A DNA stretch of 64,000 bases from an uncultured Pseudomonadales bacterium (GTDB lineage Bacteria > Patescibacteriota > Microgenomatia > UBA1400 > PJMF01), in assembly GCA_964620965.1 (NCBI GenBank), contig CAZUHV010000001.1, positions 329,718 through 393,717 of the forward strand, given 5' to 3'. Below, piece after piece: positions 11,229 to 21,340 of this stretch. The notes below the pieces were generated by a model, which saw only the letters and a list, made by a program, of their open reading frames with translations, made no database searches and was not told the origin of the DNA. Numbering within the stretch: position 1 is the first letter of the stretch; every line of letters begins with the position of its first letter. A program made the position numbers and the translations under genes.

Positions 11229-11453
11229 TTAATATGTCAAAACTTCAAAGACTTTATCTTTTGATTTTGATCCGGCCACTAAGTAAACTTGTGACTTTCG
11301 AAGGTTAAGGTGTTTAGCCAACAAAACTTGCACAGCGCGATTTGCTTTATCTCTTTCTGGGGGTTGTGTTGTCGATACCTTGAACACATTCTCAGAAAGT
11401 TGCACAACCTTGTCCTGCTTTGCTTGCGGTGTTACACTTACAGATACTTTCAT
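11229..11453 (-). CDS. DUF167/YggU family protein
   Basis: VTPQAK...PPERDKANRAV...LVAGSKSKDK. Confidence 0.85.
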   Translation of the reverse strand: MKVSVSVTPQAKQDKVVQLSENVFKVSTTQPPERDKANRAVQVLLAKHLNLRKSQVYLVAGSKSKDKVFEVLTY

Positions 11454-11529
11454 TATGCATATAGTACCATAAAATCACTGTATAACAAGAAAAATATAAA
11501 GTTGAAAATATAACGTTTGGGAGACCACT

Positions 11530-11904
11530 ATGGAATTTAACCAAAAAACATTAATTACTCTTGTTGGGGTTTCTGCAAATCCAGAAAAATATGGCCATAA
11601 AATTTTCAGAGATCTGCTTGCTTCTGGATATAACGTGGTTGGAGTAAATCCAAAAGGTGGAACTATTCTAGAACAAGCAATTATTCCAACTTTAGAAGAA
11701 GTCTCCAGACCAACAGAACTTTTATTAGTCGTTGTACCACCAGAAATTGGAATCACAGTGCTTACGCAAGCAAAAAAACTTGGGATACAAAATGTTTGGC
11801 TACAACCAGGTGCAGAAAGTGAAGAACTAATTCAATATGCTCAGCAAAACAACTTAAATCTTGCCTACAACAAATGTTTTATGGTCAATCAAGGAATTTG
11901 GTAA
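11530..11904 (+). CDS. CoA-binding protein (YccU-like)
   Basis: VGVSANPEKYG, VNPK, VWLQPGAES. Confidence 0.9.
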   Translation: MEFNQKTLITLVGVSANPEKYGHKIFRDLLASGYNVVGVNPKGGTILEQAIIPTLEEVSRPTELLLVVVPPEIGITVLTQAKKLGIQNVWLQPGAESEELIQYAQQNNLNLAYNKCFMVNQGIW

Positions 11905-11908
11905 ATAC

Positions 11909-12673
11909 TTATTTTTTTTGTGGCAACGGAAAAAAAATACTCGTTCTTTTTTTGTACTCTATAAAATCTGGCCTACCCTCATATTTTTTTTCTAGTAAAG
12001 GGACTCCCGAAACAAACAAAATTAGATATGTAATTGTGAGAGGGCTAACAATAAAAAGATAGTTTTGAGTTGCAAAAAAACTTATCAGAAATATTCCCCA
12101 CCACATAGTTACTTCACCAAAATAATTCGGATGCCGACTATATTTCCATAATCCTTCTGTCATTATTTTCCCTTTATTTTCTGGTTTTTTAATAAACTCT
12201 TGTAACTGCCAATCTCCAACAGATTCAAAATAAAAACCAATCAACCAGATAGCAAAACCTAAAAAGCTGTACGCAGTAAAATTACTTGCAGCTATATTAA
12301 CTCCAAGAATAGGTAAAACAATCATGAATAAAAACACACCTTGTAAAATGAAAACCTGTAGATACGATCTGATAAAGAAAAAATTTTTCCAGTCCTTTCT
12401 CCATTGGACATATCGTTTATCTTCATCACTTCTTTTTAGACGATTAAAAATATGTCCTGCTAAACGCAAACCCCATACTGTAACTAAAATAACTAGAAAC
12501 AGGCCTATAAAAGACTTCTGCAATGAAAGAAAATATGCAAACCAAGAAAGTGTAACAAATCCAAGACCCCAAGCTAGATCAGCAACATCATTTCTTTTAA
12601 GTATTACAGATACTATAAACCAAAAGTTCATATACAGAAATAAAATAATGGCTAGCAAAAAATATAAGTTCAT
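11909..12673 (-). CDS. DUF1295 family steroid 5-alpha reductase-like membrane protein
   Basis: [33 protein letters not shown]. Confidence 0.9.
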   Translation of the reverse strand: MNLYFLLAIILFLYMNFWFIVSVILKRNDVADLAWGLGFVTLSWFAYFLSLQKSFIGLFLVILVTVWGLRLAGHIFNRLKRSDEDKRYVQWRKDWKNFFFIRSYLQVFILQGVFLFMIVLPILGVNIAASNFTAYSFLGFAIWLIGFYFESVGDWQLQEFIKKPENKGKIMTEGLWKYSRHPNYFGEVTMWWGIFLISFFATQNYLFIVSPLTITYLILFVSGVPLLEKKYEGRPDFIEYKKRTSIFFPLPQKK

Positions 12674-13056
12674 AATTTGTTTGATAAATAATAGGTAGAC
12701 CCAGAAACAATAGCAGACAAAAACATTCCCCAGACAATATCTACAAGCGTAATATATATTGGCCAATCTTTAAGCACTGCCAGGTTAGTAAGGTCGTATG
12801 TTGAATAAGTAATTAATCCAAAAAAAGCTCCTGTGAGTAGTGCAGTTTGTAGTGAACCTTTTTCTAACGCAGGATTAATCACAAAATAGACTAGCCCAAA
12901 AATAAAAATTAAATAAAAAATTATTGCCGCAAACCAATTAATATTAGTCTTCATTAAAAAACCAATTTGTTGTGAATAAAAATTTTTTGCGAAAATCCCA
13001 AGCCATAACATATCCATAACAAAAAATACTAATAGAGCAATAAAATATGATTTCAT
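12670..13056 (-). CDS. DUF2177 family membrane protein
   Basis: [29 protein letters not shown]. Confidence 0.88.
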   Translation of the reverse strand: MKSYFIALLVFFVMDMLWLGIFAKNFYSQQIGFLMKTNINWFAAIIFYLIFIFGLVYFVINPALEKGSLQTALLTGAFFGLITYSTYDLTNLAVLKDWPIYITLVDIVWGMFLSAIVSGSTYYLSNKL

Positions 13057-13078
13057 AATACTCATTGTAACAAAAAAA

Positions 13079-13645
13079 TTATCGACTGAAAATCTTGGGA
13101 AACTTCTTTTTTGCCAGCTCCCATTCAGCAATTGTTTGGGCACAATAAACCGTGCCATTTGCTATCAACCTATCTAGCTCTTCAAAATCTAAAACTTTAA
13201 CCTCAATTTCTTCTGTAGGATCAAAATGTTGCTGTGAATTAAACTCACAATCTACTGCCAAATAACAGTAGACTATCTCTGTAGCCTTTGTGGAAAAACC
13301 AGAAAGCTTTGCGAACTGAGTTAATTGGTCTAAACTAACTCTAATTCCAACTTCTTCTTCTAATTCGTGTTGTGCAGTTTCATCCATACTTTTATGATTT
13401 TTTTCGATTCTTCCAGCTGGAAACTGCATCATTACTTCGTCAGTCCCTGGCTTATATTGATTCGCTAAAACAACTTTTTTGTCCTTTGTGATTGGGACAA
13501 TCATGGCAACATCAGCTAAAGTTGTTACCGTAAAATCATCAACTATCTTGCCACTTGGCATTTTATACACACGCTCTTCTATTGGGAACCATTTGCTTGG
13601 TGATACATCTTTTTTTGATAGTAATTGCCATTTTTTAATCTGCAT
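13079..13645 (-). CDS. NUDIX hydrolase (ADP-ribose pyrophosphatase-like)
   Basis: FPAGRIE...AQHELEEEVG Nudix box. Confidence 0.88.
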   Translation of the reverse strand: MQIKKWQLLSKKDVSPSKWFPIEERVYKMPSGKIVDDFTVTTLADVAMIVPITKDKKVVLANQYKPGTDEVMMQFPAGRIEKNHKSMDETAQHELEEEVGIRVSLDQLTQFAKLSGFSTKATEIVYCYLAVDCEFNSQQHFDPTEEIEVKVLDFEELDRLIANGTVYCAQTIAEWELAKKKFPKIFSR

Positions 13646-14399
13646 TCTGTACCTCTAAAACTTCTAAAGTTCTTTGTGATAAAAGCTCTTTTGCTTTCTG
13701 TTTTCCAATTTCTGTTACAAAGTAACTATCTAAATCGTTACCCAGATTCTCTAAATATTCTTGTGCAGGGACACCCTTTCTTTGAACATCTTGCCAAAAA
13801 TTAAGTTGTGTAAAAGACCAAACATGATCTAAATCTACTAGTAATTGCACCTCTATTGGCATTTCATTCCCTAAACCTGCAACTGCCTCTGGCTTATCAT
13901 GAAATAAAATTGCTTTACAAATTATTTCTATTTCTTCGTTTGATAAACCTAAAGCTTCCTGTTCTTTATATAAAATATCTCTTGCAATTGCTTCTCCCAA
14001 AACTGCGTGTTTTTCTTTGGGACCCATAGCAGTTTCACTTAAAGCCAAACCCTTAACACCTAAACTTGCTGCTATTTCTGATTCAGACATTTTGCTCCAA
14101 CCAGAATCATGTAACATCAGTGCATATGCCAAAATATCTCTGTTTGGCTGATGCCCATTTTTTTGAGCCTGCAAAATAAATTCATCTAAATACTGCATAC
14201 AAACAGCAGTGTGCACATCTGTAGTTCTAGCAGATAAAAAAGGAAGAATTTGTTTAAAGAAATTTTTGTATTCCTGTGGCACAAAATCTAGATACGTATC
14301 TTGCCACGGTATGTATAGAAGAAAATGTTGTTCGGATTCTGGCAAGTTACTATCTGGAGGAAGTTTTAAAGTAATAAAAGCAGTAATATTATTTTTCAT
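13635..14399 (-). CDS. HD-domain phosphohydrolase
   Basis: H...LHDSGWS...H...HD...DLD motifs; start uncertain (14399 or 14420). Confidence 0.78.
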   Translation of the reverse strand: MKNNITAFITLKLPPDSNLPESEQHFLLYIPWQDTYLDFVPQEYKNFFKQILPFLSARTTDVHTAVCMQYLDEFILQAQKNGHQPNRDILAYALMLHDSGWSKMSESEIAASLGVKGLALSETAMGPKEKHAVLGEAIARDILYKEQEALGLSNEEIEIICKAILFHDKPEAVAGLGNEMPIEVQLLVDLDHVWSFTQLNFWQDVQRKGVPAQEYLENLGNDLDSYFVTEIGKQKAKELLSQRTLEVLEVQNAD

Positions 14400-14985
14400 T
14401 TTCACTTTTTTTTGTTTCAAATACTTCTAATAATGCAAGGTATCGATCTGAAACTTCATCTTTAACTTCTTCAAAGAAAATCTTTTTATTAAAATCTCTC
14501 TCTAACTTTTCTGCAACCCACTCTAAAAATTCTGAATATGTTTTACCTTCTGGAAGATGCATCCAAGTAAATTGCAGATAAAAGTCTGTTGTTAGGTGAG
14601 CAACTGCATCTGCTGTTGCCAACACTTTTGCTTCTAAAGTTTCTGGCAGAAAACCGTCTCTACACGAATGTGGAGCAATTATTTTTTCTAAAATTTCTAC
14701 AACTTCTTCTTGGGAATATTCTGCTTTTTTTAAGGCTTCAATTGCCTTAGCCTTTGAGATTTTTTCATGATCAGAATGAAACCTATACACAAACGCATCT
14801 CCAAAATCGTGTAACAAAGCTCCTGCAACTGCTAAATCAACATCTGCTTCATATTTTTGTGCAAGCAATTCTGCTTTTCTTGCTACAATCGGAACGTGAT
14901 TTTTCCACATCCACTTGCCAAAATACTCAGGACATTTTGTATATGCTAACTCAACCAAATGGAAAACTTTTTGATGCCTGTTCAT
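14389..14985 (-). CDS. HD-domain phosphohydrolase
   Basis: NHV, GALLHDFG, PHS, ATADAVAH. Confidence 0.85.
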   Translation of the reverse strand: MNRHQKVFHLVELAYTKCPEYFGKWMWKNHVPIVARKAELLAQKYEADVDLAVAGALLHDFGDAFVYRFHSDHEKISKAKAIEALKKAEYSQEEVVEILEKIIAPHSCRDGFLPETLEAKVLATADAVAHLTTDFYLQFTWMHLPEGKTYSEFLEWVAEKLERDFNKKIFFEEVKDEVSDRYLALLEVFETKKSENEK

Positions 14986-15031
14986 ACAACTTGCTTTCTT
15001 CTATATGAAATTATAGCAAACATCATAAGAC

Positions 15032-16093
15032 TTAAACAAAATACCCAAGTGTTGTACTGATTATGTAGAAAAGATAGGCAATATATAAAAGAATAAGTAA
15101 AAATCCTGCTTTTCGACCTATTGTCCAGTTTCTAGTAATTAAAATAAATAATATAGCAACAACTGTAGCTAGTAACAAAAATACACTGCTCATCAAGTTG
15201 TCTCTTCCAACTGATATTACACTTTCACCCTTAAGAAGAAAAACCAATATCCATGGAAAGCCTAAGCCAAAAAGAATATCAAAAATATTTGAACCAACAG
15301 CGTTACTAACTGCCATATCACCTCTGCCTTGCTTTGCAACAATGATAGAAGAAAGCAAATCTGGAATAGAAGTTCCAGCGGCTAGAACCGTGAGAGCAAT
15401 AATTGTTGGATTAATACGTAAAATATCTCCAATACCAACAGCTGCCTCGACTAAAATATAACTCAAAACTGCTAATAAAATTATAGAAATTCCAAATGTA
15501 AGCATAAATGCATTTGGTTTTTTTACTGGGTCGGGAATAATAAATGAGAGAAGTTGTTTTGAAGCCTTCGCAAATGCATTCTTTTTCTGCCCCTCTTCGA
15601 CCATTTCAATTATATCTGTATCTTTATAAGGAAGAATTTTCTTCCATATAACAACTGTAAAAACATACAACGCATATCCCAAAACAAAAATGAGGGCCTC
15701 TGCAAAAACAACCTTACCATCCCAGAAAACAGCTAAAAGCAACAAAATTGTTAAAACATAAAAAATTGTGTCACGAATCACTGGTTGCCAAGTGAGTTTT
15801 GCTCTTTTAAATGCAGCTGATGCTCCAATAATGACCAAAATATTAAAGATTGCAGATCCGACAATTGTTCCTGCACCAATATCTCCATGTTCTCCAGGTC
15901 TAAAAACTGCAAAAAGTGAAGTGAACAGTTCTGGTGCACTTGGGCCAACTGCCATAAACGTTGCGCCAGCAACGTCAGAAGGAAGTTTTAATCTCTTTGA
16001 GATCTCATCTAGAGAACCAACAAAAAATTCTTCACACACAACTGCAAGAAGATAAAAAGCAAGAATAAGGATAAAAATATAAACTATGATCAT
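15032..16093 (-). CDS. Calcium/sodium antiporter (CaCA family)
   Basis: Two alpha repeats GATFMAVGPSAPEL and LAAGTSIPD, GSNIFDI. Confidence 0.92.
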   Translation of the reverse strand: MIIVYIFILILAFYLLAVVCEEFFVGSLDEISKRLKLPSDVAGATFMAVGPSAPELFTSLFAVFRPGEHGDIGAGTIVGSAIFNILVIIGASAAFKRAKLTWQPVIRDTIFYVLTILLLLAVFWDGKVVFAEALIFVLGYALYVFTVVIWKKILPYKDTDIIEMVEEGQKKNAFAKASKQLLSFIIPDPVKKPNAFMLTFGISIILLAVLSYILVEAAVGIGDILRINPTIIALTVLAAGTSIPDLLSSIIVAKQGRGDMAVSNAVGSNIFDILFGLGFPWILVFLLKGESVISVGRDNLMSSVFLLLATVVAILFILITRNWTIGRKAGFLLILLYIAYLFYIISTTLGYFV

Positions 16094-16121
16094 TCGGTTA
16101 TTATAAACTATCTTAGGTCAA

Positions 16122-16823
16122 TTAAAAATTTCTAAAATGATCCCAATCACGAATGTCTTTTTTTGTAAGTTTTACTACACAAAAGTCTAATTTGCCAAGC
16201 CATTTTTTAAGTAAATAACTAGATATAGTTGAAGGAAAAAACCTTATACAGCTATTTTGAAAAGTTGTTAAGTTCTTAAAATACACTGGCAAGTTTTTGC
16301 TGTAAAACAGTAAAACTTTTCTAATCGAAGGGTTCCAAATATTTCTGAAAACAATCTCTCCTTTTTCATCTAAAATTCTGAACGCAAAATAAGAATCTAC
16401 CAACAACCCATCAAACTTCTCTTCGGCATCCATAAAAATAAGATCTGCCTTTTTACCTTGAAAATCAAGGTGAGCCAAAAATTGTTGAGTTGTGTATTTT
16501 TCAATAAATTCTACACTTTTACTTTTAGTAACTATTTTGTAAATAAAATCTTTTACAACTTCTTTTTCTCTATATGAGTCAATAATGTAATACTTTTTTG
16601 GCAAATAGTTTGCAGAAAGCATCCATAAAGATGAGATTCCAAACCCAAATCCACACTCAACAATTACTTTAGGCTTTTTTTTATCAACTGTATTCCGTAA
16701 AAATGTACCTTGATTAAAGTTAATAGAAATAGGAAACAAACGAGCCGATATTTTTGCTGAAAACTCTTTTTCTGAGTATATCTTTTTAAGCAGTTTTCTT
16801 ATCATTAATTTTCTGTGTTTCAT
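16122..16823 (-). CDS. Class I SAM-dependent methyltransferase (Methyltransf_24-like)
   Basis: VECGFGFGIS, IIDSY, DLIFMDA motifs; start uncertain. Confidence 0.7.
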   Translation of the reverse strand: MKHRKLMIRKLLKKIYSEKEFSAKISARLFPISINFNQGTFLRNTVDKKKPKVIVECGFGFGISSLWMLSANYLPKKYYIIDSYREKEVVKDFIYKIVTKSKSVEFIEKYTTQQFLAHLDFQGKKADLIFMDAEEKFDGLLVDSYFAFRILDEKGEIVFRNIWNPSIRKVLLFYSKNLPVYFKNLTTFQNSCIRFFPSTISSYLLKKWLGKLDFCVVKLTKKDIRDWDHFRNF

Positions 16824-16936
16824 GAGCAAAATCGCATTATACTGTATCAAATTGAAAAATTAAAATATCATCTCAAAAAGAGTAACGTTCCTACTTTTGA
16901 TTTTTTTCTAAGTTTATTTAATAATGGCAGAATCAT

Positions 16937-18304
16937 ATGAAAAAAAATGACCTAATCGGATTAAAATCGAACCCTAAAGAATTAAACCACTTTTTAAAAA
17001 CCAGTACTGTTACTGACTTACTTAAGTTACTCAAAAATTTTGGGCACATAAATAAAGAATTTGATTATCAGCCACTCCTTTCTGCTTTGAAACATTCAAA
17101 CGATAAAATAAGATCTTTAATAATAAAAAATTTAGCAAAGTCTAAAGATACCTCTTTAATCAATTTGTATGAAGATATTATCAATAGTGATAAAAGTAAT
17201 GATGTTAAAAAAGAAGCTGTCTCAGCAATAGGAAGAACCAGAAATGAAAAGGTCATTCCAATACTAACTAAATACCTAAAGCATAAGAACCCTGAGATTG
17301 TCCTTCAAGCAATTAGGGGGTTACTTGTCTTTAAAACCAATTTAGAAGTTTCTACTAATTTAAAGAAATTGAACAAACACAAAAATGAAATTGTTCGGAA
17401 AGTTATAAATATAGAATTTGGAGAAAAAAAAACTAGCAAAAAAAATGATCAAGTAAATTCACCATCTTTTTTGAAAAATTTGGCAGTACAGGGAGATGTT
17501 CTCCAAGTTCTAAAGAATGTTCCAGAAGAATCAGTACATTTAACATTTACTTCTCCTCCTTATTATAATGCTCGAGACTACTCTATATATGAGAGTTATG
17601 AAGAATATCTGGAATTTCTTTCAAGCGTTTTTAATGAAGTTCATCGAATAACAAAAGAGGGAAGATTTTTCATTCTAAACACTTCTCCAATAATAATCCC
17701 AAGAGTCGGCAGAAAATATTCAAGTATTAGATACCCTATTCCCTATGATATACATACAAAAATAATAAATAATGGCTGGGAATTTATAGATGACATAGTG
17801 TGGGTAAAAAATGAAGCTAGTGTAATTAATAGAAATGGAGGATTTTTTCAATATAGAAAACCATTATCCTACAAGCCTAATGCTAGAACAGAGTCAGTAA
17901 TGGTTTATAGAAAAAAAACCAACAAACTAATAGATTGGAATATTGACCAATACCCTGAAAAAATTATAGAAGAAAGTAAAATTAAAGGTAAGTATGAGTC
18001 ATCGAATGTTTGGGAAATCGATCCTTCTTCAGATAAAAACCATAGTGCTGTTTTTCCTGAAGAACTGTGCAATAGGATTATAAGCTTCTACTCATTTGTT
18101 GGGGATTTAATATTTGATCCATTTAGTGGAAGAGGAACTGTTGGAAAAACCGCACAAAAGTTAAAAAGAAATTATTTTTTGACTGAGATAGATGAAAAAT
18201 ACTTTAATTTTATGAAAGAATATATCGGAGAAAAAAAAGGAAATAATTTTATTTCTGTAAAGCAATTTAATGAATTTAAAAAAAATAAGGAAATACTCAA
18301 ATGA
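16937..18304 (+). CDS. N4/N6 DNA methyltransferase (beta class) with N-terminal HEAT repeats
   Basis: TSPPY, HSAVFP, DPFSGRGT; N-terminal helical repeats (VKKEAVSAIGR, IVLQAIRGL). Confidence 0.9.
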   Translation: MKKNDLIGLKSNPKELNHFLKTSTVTDLLKLLKNFGHINKEFDYQPLLSALKHSNDKIRSLIIKNLAKSKDTSLINLYEDIINSDKSNDVKKEAVSAIGRTRNEKVIPILTKYLKHKNPEIVLQAIRGLLVFKTNLEVSTNLKKLNKHKNEIVRKVINIEFGEKKTSKKNDQVNSPSFLKNLAVQGDVLQVLKNVPEESVHLTFTSPPYYNARDYSIYESYEEYLEFLSSVFNEVHRITKEGRFFILNTSPIIIPRVGRKYSSIRYPIPYDIHTKIINNGWEFIDDIVWVKNEASVINRNGGFFQYRKPLSYKPNARTESVMVYRKKTNKLIDWNIDQYPEKIIEESKIKGKYESSNVWEIDPSSDKNHSAVFPEELCNRIISFYSFVGDLIFDPFSGRGTVGKTAQKLKRNYFLTEIDEKYFNFMKEYIGEKKGNNFISVKQFNEFKKNKEILK

Positions 18305-19227
18305 CAATAACAGATGCTGCTGGTAAAAAAATAATAACCAGATTATTAGCTGGAGATGATTATAGAATTGAAGTACAAAACATACTAAATGCTGTATTTT
18401 TAGATTATGTTTTGGATTTTTTCAAAAAAGTTATTGATGCAAAATTAAATTCAAAAAAAATAGACACAGATTGGTATAAAAACAACTTCGTTATTGATTA
18501 CTCAGTAAAACCAGAAGATATTGCTATTTATTCTGGAATAAATAAAAAAACCATTACAAACATGTATAACTCAGGCACAAAACAAATTGTGATAAATGCA
18601 TCTGAAAACCATTATGATACTTTATTTCAAACAATTAAAGATTTAGTGAAGTATGACAATGGAATCAATATTAATTTAACAATTAAAATGAATGGTGTAA
18701 GTGTTGAGTTAGACTTAACAGAAACATTAATAGTTATCAACAGCATAGCTGTGAAAAGAGCAGCTTTCGCCGGAGGGCTATGGAGTTCAGCAGGAAAAAG
18801 AGTCGAAAAACCTTTAATGGAAACATTATGTAAGTTATATGATGTTCCAAGAGAATTCTATGAACTCAGGATAAAAAATGAAACTGTTCAAGATTTTGAT
18901 AATAATTATTTCGAAAGAGAAATTGATTTTTATTTAAAAAACAAAACTAACTTATATAAGTGTGAAGTAAAGTTGATGGGAAAAGGAAATCCTGAAAGCG
19001 CTGATGCTGTAATTGCTAGAGATAGTAGCGTTTTTATAGCTGATAAGCTTTCGGATACCAATAAAAAACAACTCAATTCACTTGGTATACTCTGGGTAGA
19101 AATGAGAAGCGAAAAAGGATTCAAAAAATTTGAAGAAATCTTAGATCTTTTAAAAATTCCCCATAAAAAACTGACAGACAATTTAAGTGAAAAAATTGAT
19201 CAAATTTTTTCTGAAATATACAATTAA
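18301..19227 (+). CDS. Type II restriction endonuclease, CfrBI-like
   Basis: ATGA overlap with the MTase; WSSAGKRVEKPLM, REIDF, CEVKLMGKGNPESADA (PD-(D/E)XK-type) as recalled for the CfrBI family. Confidence 0.8.
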   Translation: MTITDAAGKKIITRLLAGDDYRIEVQNILNAVFLDYVLDFFKKVIDAKLNSKKIDTDWYKNNFVIDYSVKPEDIAIYSGINKKTITNMYNSGTKQIVINASENHYDTLFQTIKDLVKYDNGININLTIKMNGVSVELDLTETLIVINSIAVKRAAFAGGLWSSAGKRVEKPLMETLCKLYDVPREFYELRIKNETVQDFDNNYFEREIDFYLKNKTNLYKCEVKLMGKGNPESADAVIARDSSVFIADKLSDTNKKQLNSLGILWVEMRSEKGFKKFEEILDLLKIPHKKLTDNLSEKIDQIFSEIYN

Positions 19228-19328
19228 GAATCAAGCGTTTAATCATATCACTCCTTAAGTAAAAATGCTTCTCTTCCGCTAAAATAAAGTTAGAACTATA
19301 TTTTTAACAAACATAAGCCATTATAATA

Positions 19329-19793
19329 ATGTATATGCAAAATGAAAAATCAAATAATAAAGAGCAAATAAGTATTGTTGAGTATAACTATAAATTACAG
19401 CAAGCATTAATTACTCTTTTCTTATGGGGAGCCCCCGCTGGGTTTTTAGAATATGTTCAAGAAAATGCATATAATCGGCCGAATGTTTTTTATCAGTTAA
19501 GCGAATCAATGGGTCATCAAAATTCCTTAGCTGGAGCAGCAGTTTTTGGTGCAGGAGAACATATCTTAGATTTTTTAGCAGAATCATTTTTTCCTGAAAA
19601 TGAAAAGCTGAGAAAAATAATCCCTTGGGTTTTATTTACAATAGCGACAATTTATAATCTTGCTCAACTAATAGAACCTCAATACGCGGATAACGCTGCA
19701 GCGGACATTTTTTGGTCTGGAACTGCGATTGGTATTTCGAGATTAATACGCAAAGTGTTCTCTGGAATTTATAAAAGGAAAACTGAGCAATAA
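19329..19793 (+). CDS. Hypothetical membrane protein
   Basis: 154-aa ORF with several hydrophobic segments; TATAAT just upstream. Confidence 0.55.
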   Translation: MYMQNEKSNNKEQISIVEYNYKLQQALITLFLWGAPAGFLEYVQENAYNRPNVFYQLSESMGHQNSLAGAAVFGAGEHILDFLAESFFPENEKLRKIIPWVLFTIATIYNLAQLIEPQYADNAAADIFWSGTAIGISRLIRKVFSGIYKRKTEQ

Positions 19794-19880
19794 TCCTTAA
19801 GAAATTTTTTATTAATAAAAAAATGGTAGCGGAGACATAATGTCACTTTGGAACTTAATTTTTCAGAGTTTTTATAAATT

Positions 19881-20291
19881 TCAATTTTGTTCAGATAATA
19901 AATCTAATACGATTTGCTCAATTTCATCTCTGATCTGTCTAACACCCTCGATTGTACTTTCATAAGGGTCATCTACATTTTTGAAAACGATGTTTATACC
20001 GCTTGCAATTAAAAATTCTGGAATTATGTCTGGGTTACAAAGAACTACGATCATCTCAATTCCTTGTAACATTTCTTCAGTTACTTGTTTGATTTTTTGT
20101 TCAGAAATATCTATTCCTTTTTCCTTCATAACTTGAATGATATCTTCTCTAGGTTTGAAATTGTATTTCTGTCCGTAGTCATTTACGCCTGCACTTGTTG
20201 CGAAGTTTCCTTTTGCAAAGTGATTATAAAAACCCTCTGCCATTTGGCTTCTGCCAACATTCCCTTCACATATAAATAAAGTTTTTTTCAT
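19881..20291 (-). CDS. Low-molecular-weight phosphatase / arsenate reductase ArsC family
   Basis: FICEGNVGRSQMAEG P-loop, SAG, DDPY. Confidence 0.9.
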   Translation of the reverse strand: MKKTLFICEGNVGRSQMAEGFYNHFAKGNFATSAGVNDYGQKYNFKPREDIIQVMKEKGIDISEQKIKQVTEEMLQGIEMIVVLCNPDIIPEFLIASGINIVFKNVDDPYESTIEGVRQIRDEIEQIVLDLLSEQN

Positions 20292-20360
20292 AATAAATTT
20301 GATGAATTATATCATTCTTGGCACAAAAAAGTTCCAATTTCATCCCACGCTCTCCTGATG

Positions 20361-20384
20361 TGCGGAGCATGTGGGTCTGGAACC
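20361..20384. repeat. att-like repeat copy A (core plus right arm) TGCGGAGCATGTGGGTCTGGAACC
   Basis: 24/24 identical to 21256-21279. Confidence 0.9.
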
Positions 20385-20402
20385 AGTGTGTCCCATAGCA
20401 CA

Positions 20403-20732
20403 CTATCTAGCCATAGTGAGCAACATCTTGAACTGTTTTGCTGCCTGCAAAGCATGCGGTGTATTGGCAGGTAAAATAAGTACCTGACCTTCGTTAACTT
20501 CGTATTTTTTTTCATCAACTGAAATAATTGCTTCACCATCTAGAATTTGCGCAAAAGCAGTAAAAGGAGTTGTATGCTCACTTAAACCTTGTCCTTTAGC
20601 AAAAGCAAATGCAGTGATAGTAGTTTTTGTGGTTTTAATAAGTTCCCTGCTCACGATAGAGCCACTTTGGTACTCGACGACATTTTTTAGAACATGCGGC
20701 GATATGGTTAGATTATATGTTACTTCTGTCAT
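20403..20732 (-). CDS. Cupin domain protein
   Basis: FAFAKGQGLSEHTTP, ILDGEA, PANTPHAL. Confidence 0.9.
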   Translation of the reverse strand: MTEVTYNLTISPHVLKNVVEYQSGSIVSRELIKTTKTTITAFAFAKGQGLSEHTTPFTAFAQILDGEAIISVDEKKYEVNEGQVLILPANTPHALQAAKQFKMLLTMAR

Positions 20733-20754
20733 AATAATATCCTATCATGAAAAC

Positions 20755-21201
20755 CTATTTCAATTGGGTGAGTATACTATCTGCCCATTGTCTACTTTTT
20801 TGATATGTAGCCTGGTTTGGGTAGCCATCAATTTGAAGAACTGGTTCAAGAATATTTCCTTGCATTGGCTCAATTTTTTCACTACTTATTTTTCCGCTTG
20901 TTGCAAAATGGGGATAACTAGAATCACCAAGTGAGAAAAAAGCAAAATGTGTATTGTTGCAATTATGATTTTGTTGATCAGCTGTTGAAAAAAATAATTC
21001 AGTAATTGGGTTTAAGTCTCCATCCCCATACGTAGAGCTACCAAAAAAAACCAACTCATGCTCTTTTAGTTGATCGGGATTGGTATTAATAACATCAAAT
21101 AACTCTGCTTTGTGACCATTATTATTTAGATAATCAACGAGATCATTAGCTACAAGAGCCGTATTTCCCGATAGAGTAGAAAATGTTACTGCAATTTTCA
21201 T
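20755..21201 (-). CDS. Flavodoxin
   Basis: STLSGNT, GSSTYGDG, LGDSSYPHF. Confidence 0.92.
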   Translation of the reverse strand: MKIAVTFSTLSGNTALVANDLVDYLNNNGHKAELFDVINTNPDQLKEHELVFFGSSTYGDGDLNPITELFFSTADQQNHNCNNTHFAFFSLGDSSYPHFATSGKISSEKIEPMQGNILEPVLQIDGYPNQATYQKSRQWADSILTQLK

Positions 21202-21232
21202 ATGACTTTTATTTTAGTTTCACAAGTCCTCG

Positions 21233-21280
21233 TCACTGTAGTTCGAATCTTAGGATGCGGAGCATGTGGGTCTGGAACCC
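21233..21280. repeat. att-like repeat copy B (full 48 bp; GTTCGA...GG...TGGAAC dyad)
   Basis: TCACTGTAGTTCGAATCTTAGGATGCGGAGCATGTGGGTCTGGAACCC; 44/48 identical to 21873-21920. Confidence 0.92.
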
Positions 21281-21340
21281 TATTATCGCCATAACATATT
21301 TACTGTGATTCAATTAATCTTGACCTTATTATTCATCAAA

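Noticed and set aside
20312-20539. 75-aa minus ORF spanning repeat A, and similar short overlapping ORFs throughout the track
   Set aside because: Out-of-frame or antisense overlaps of well-supported genes.
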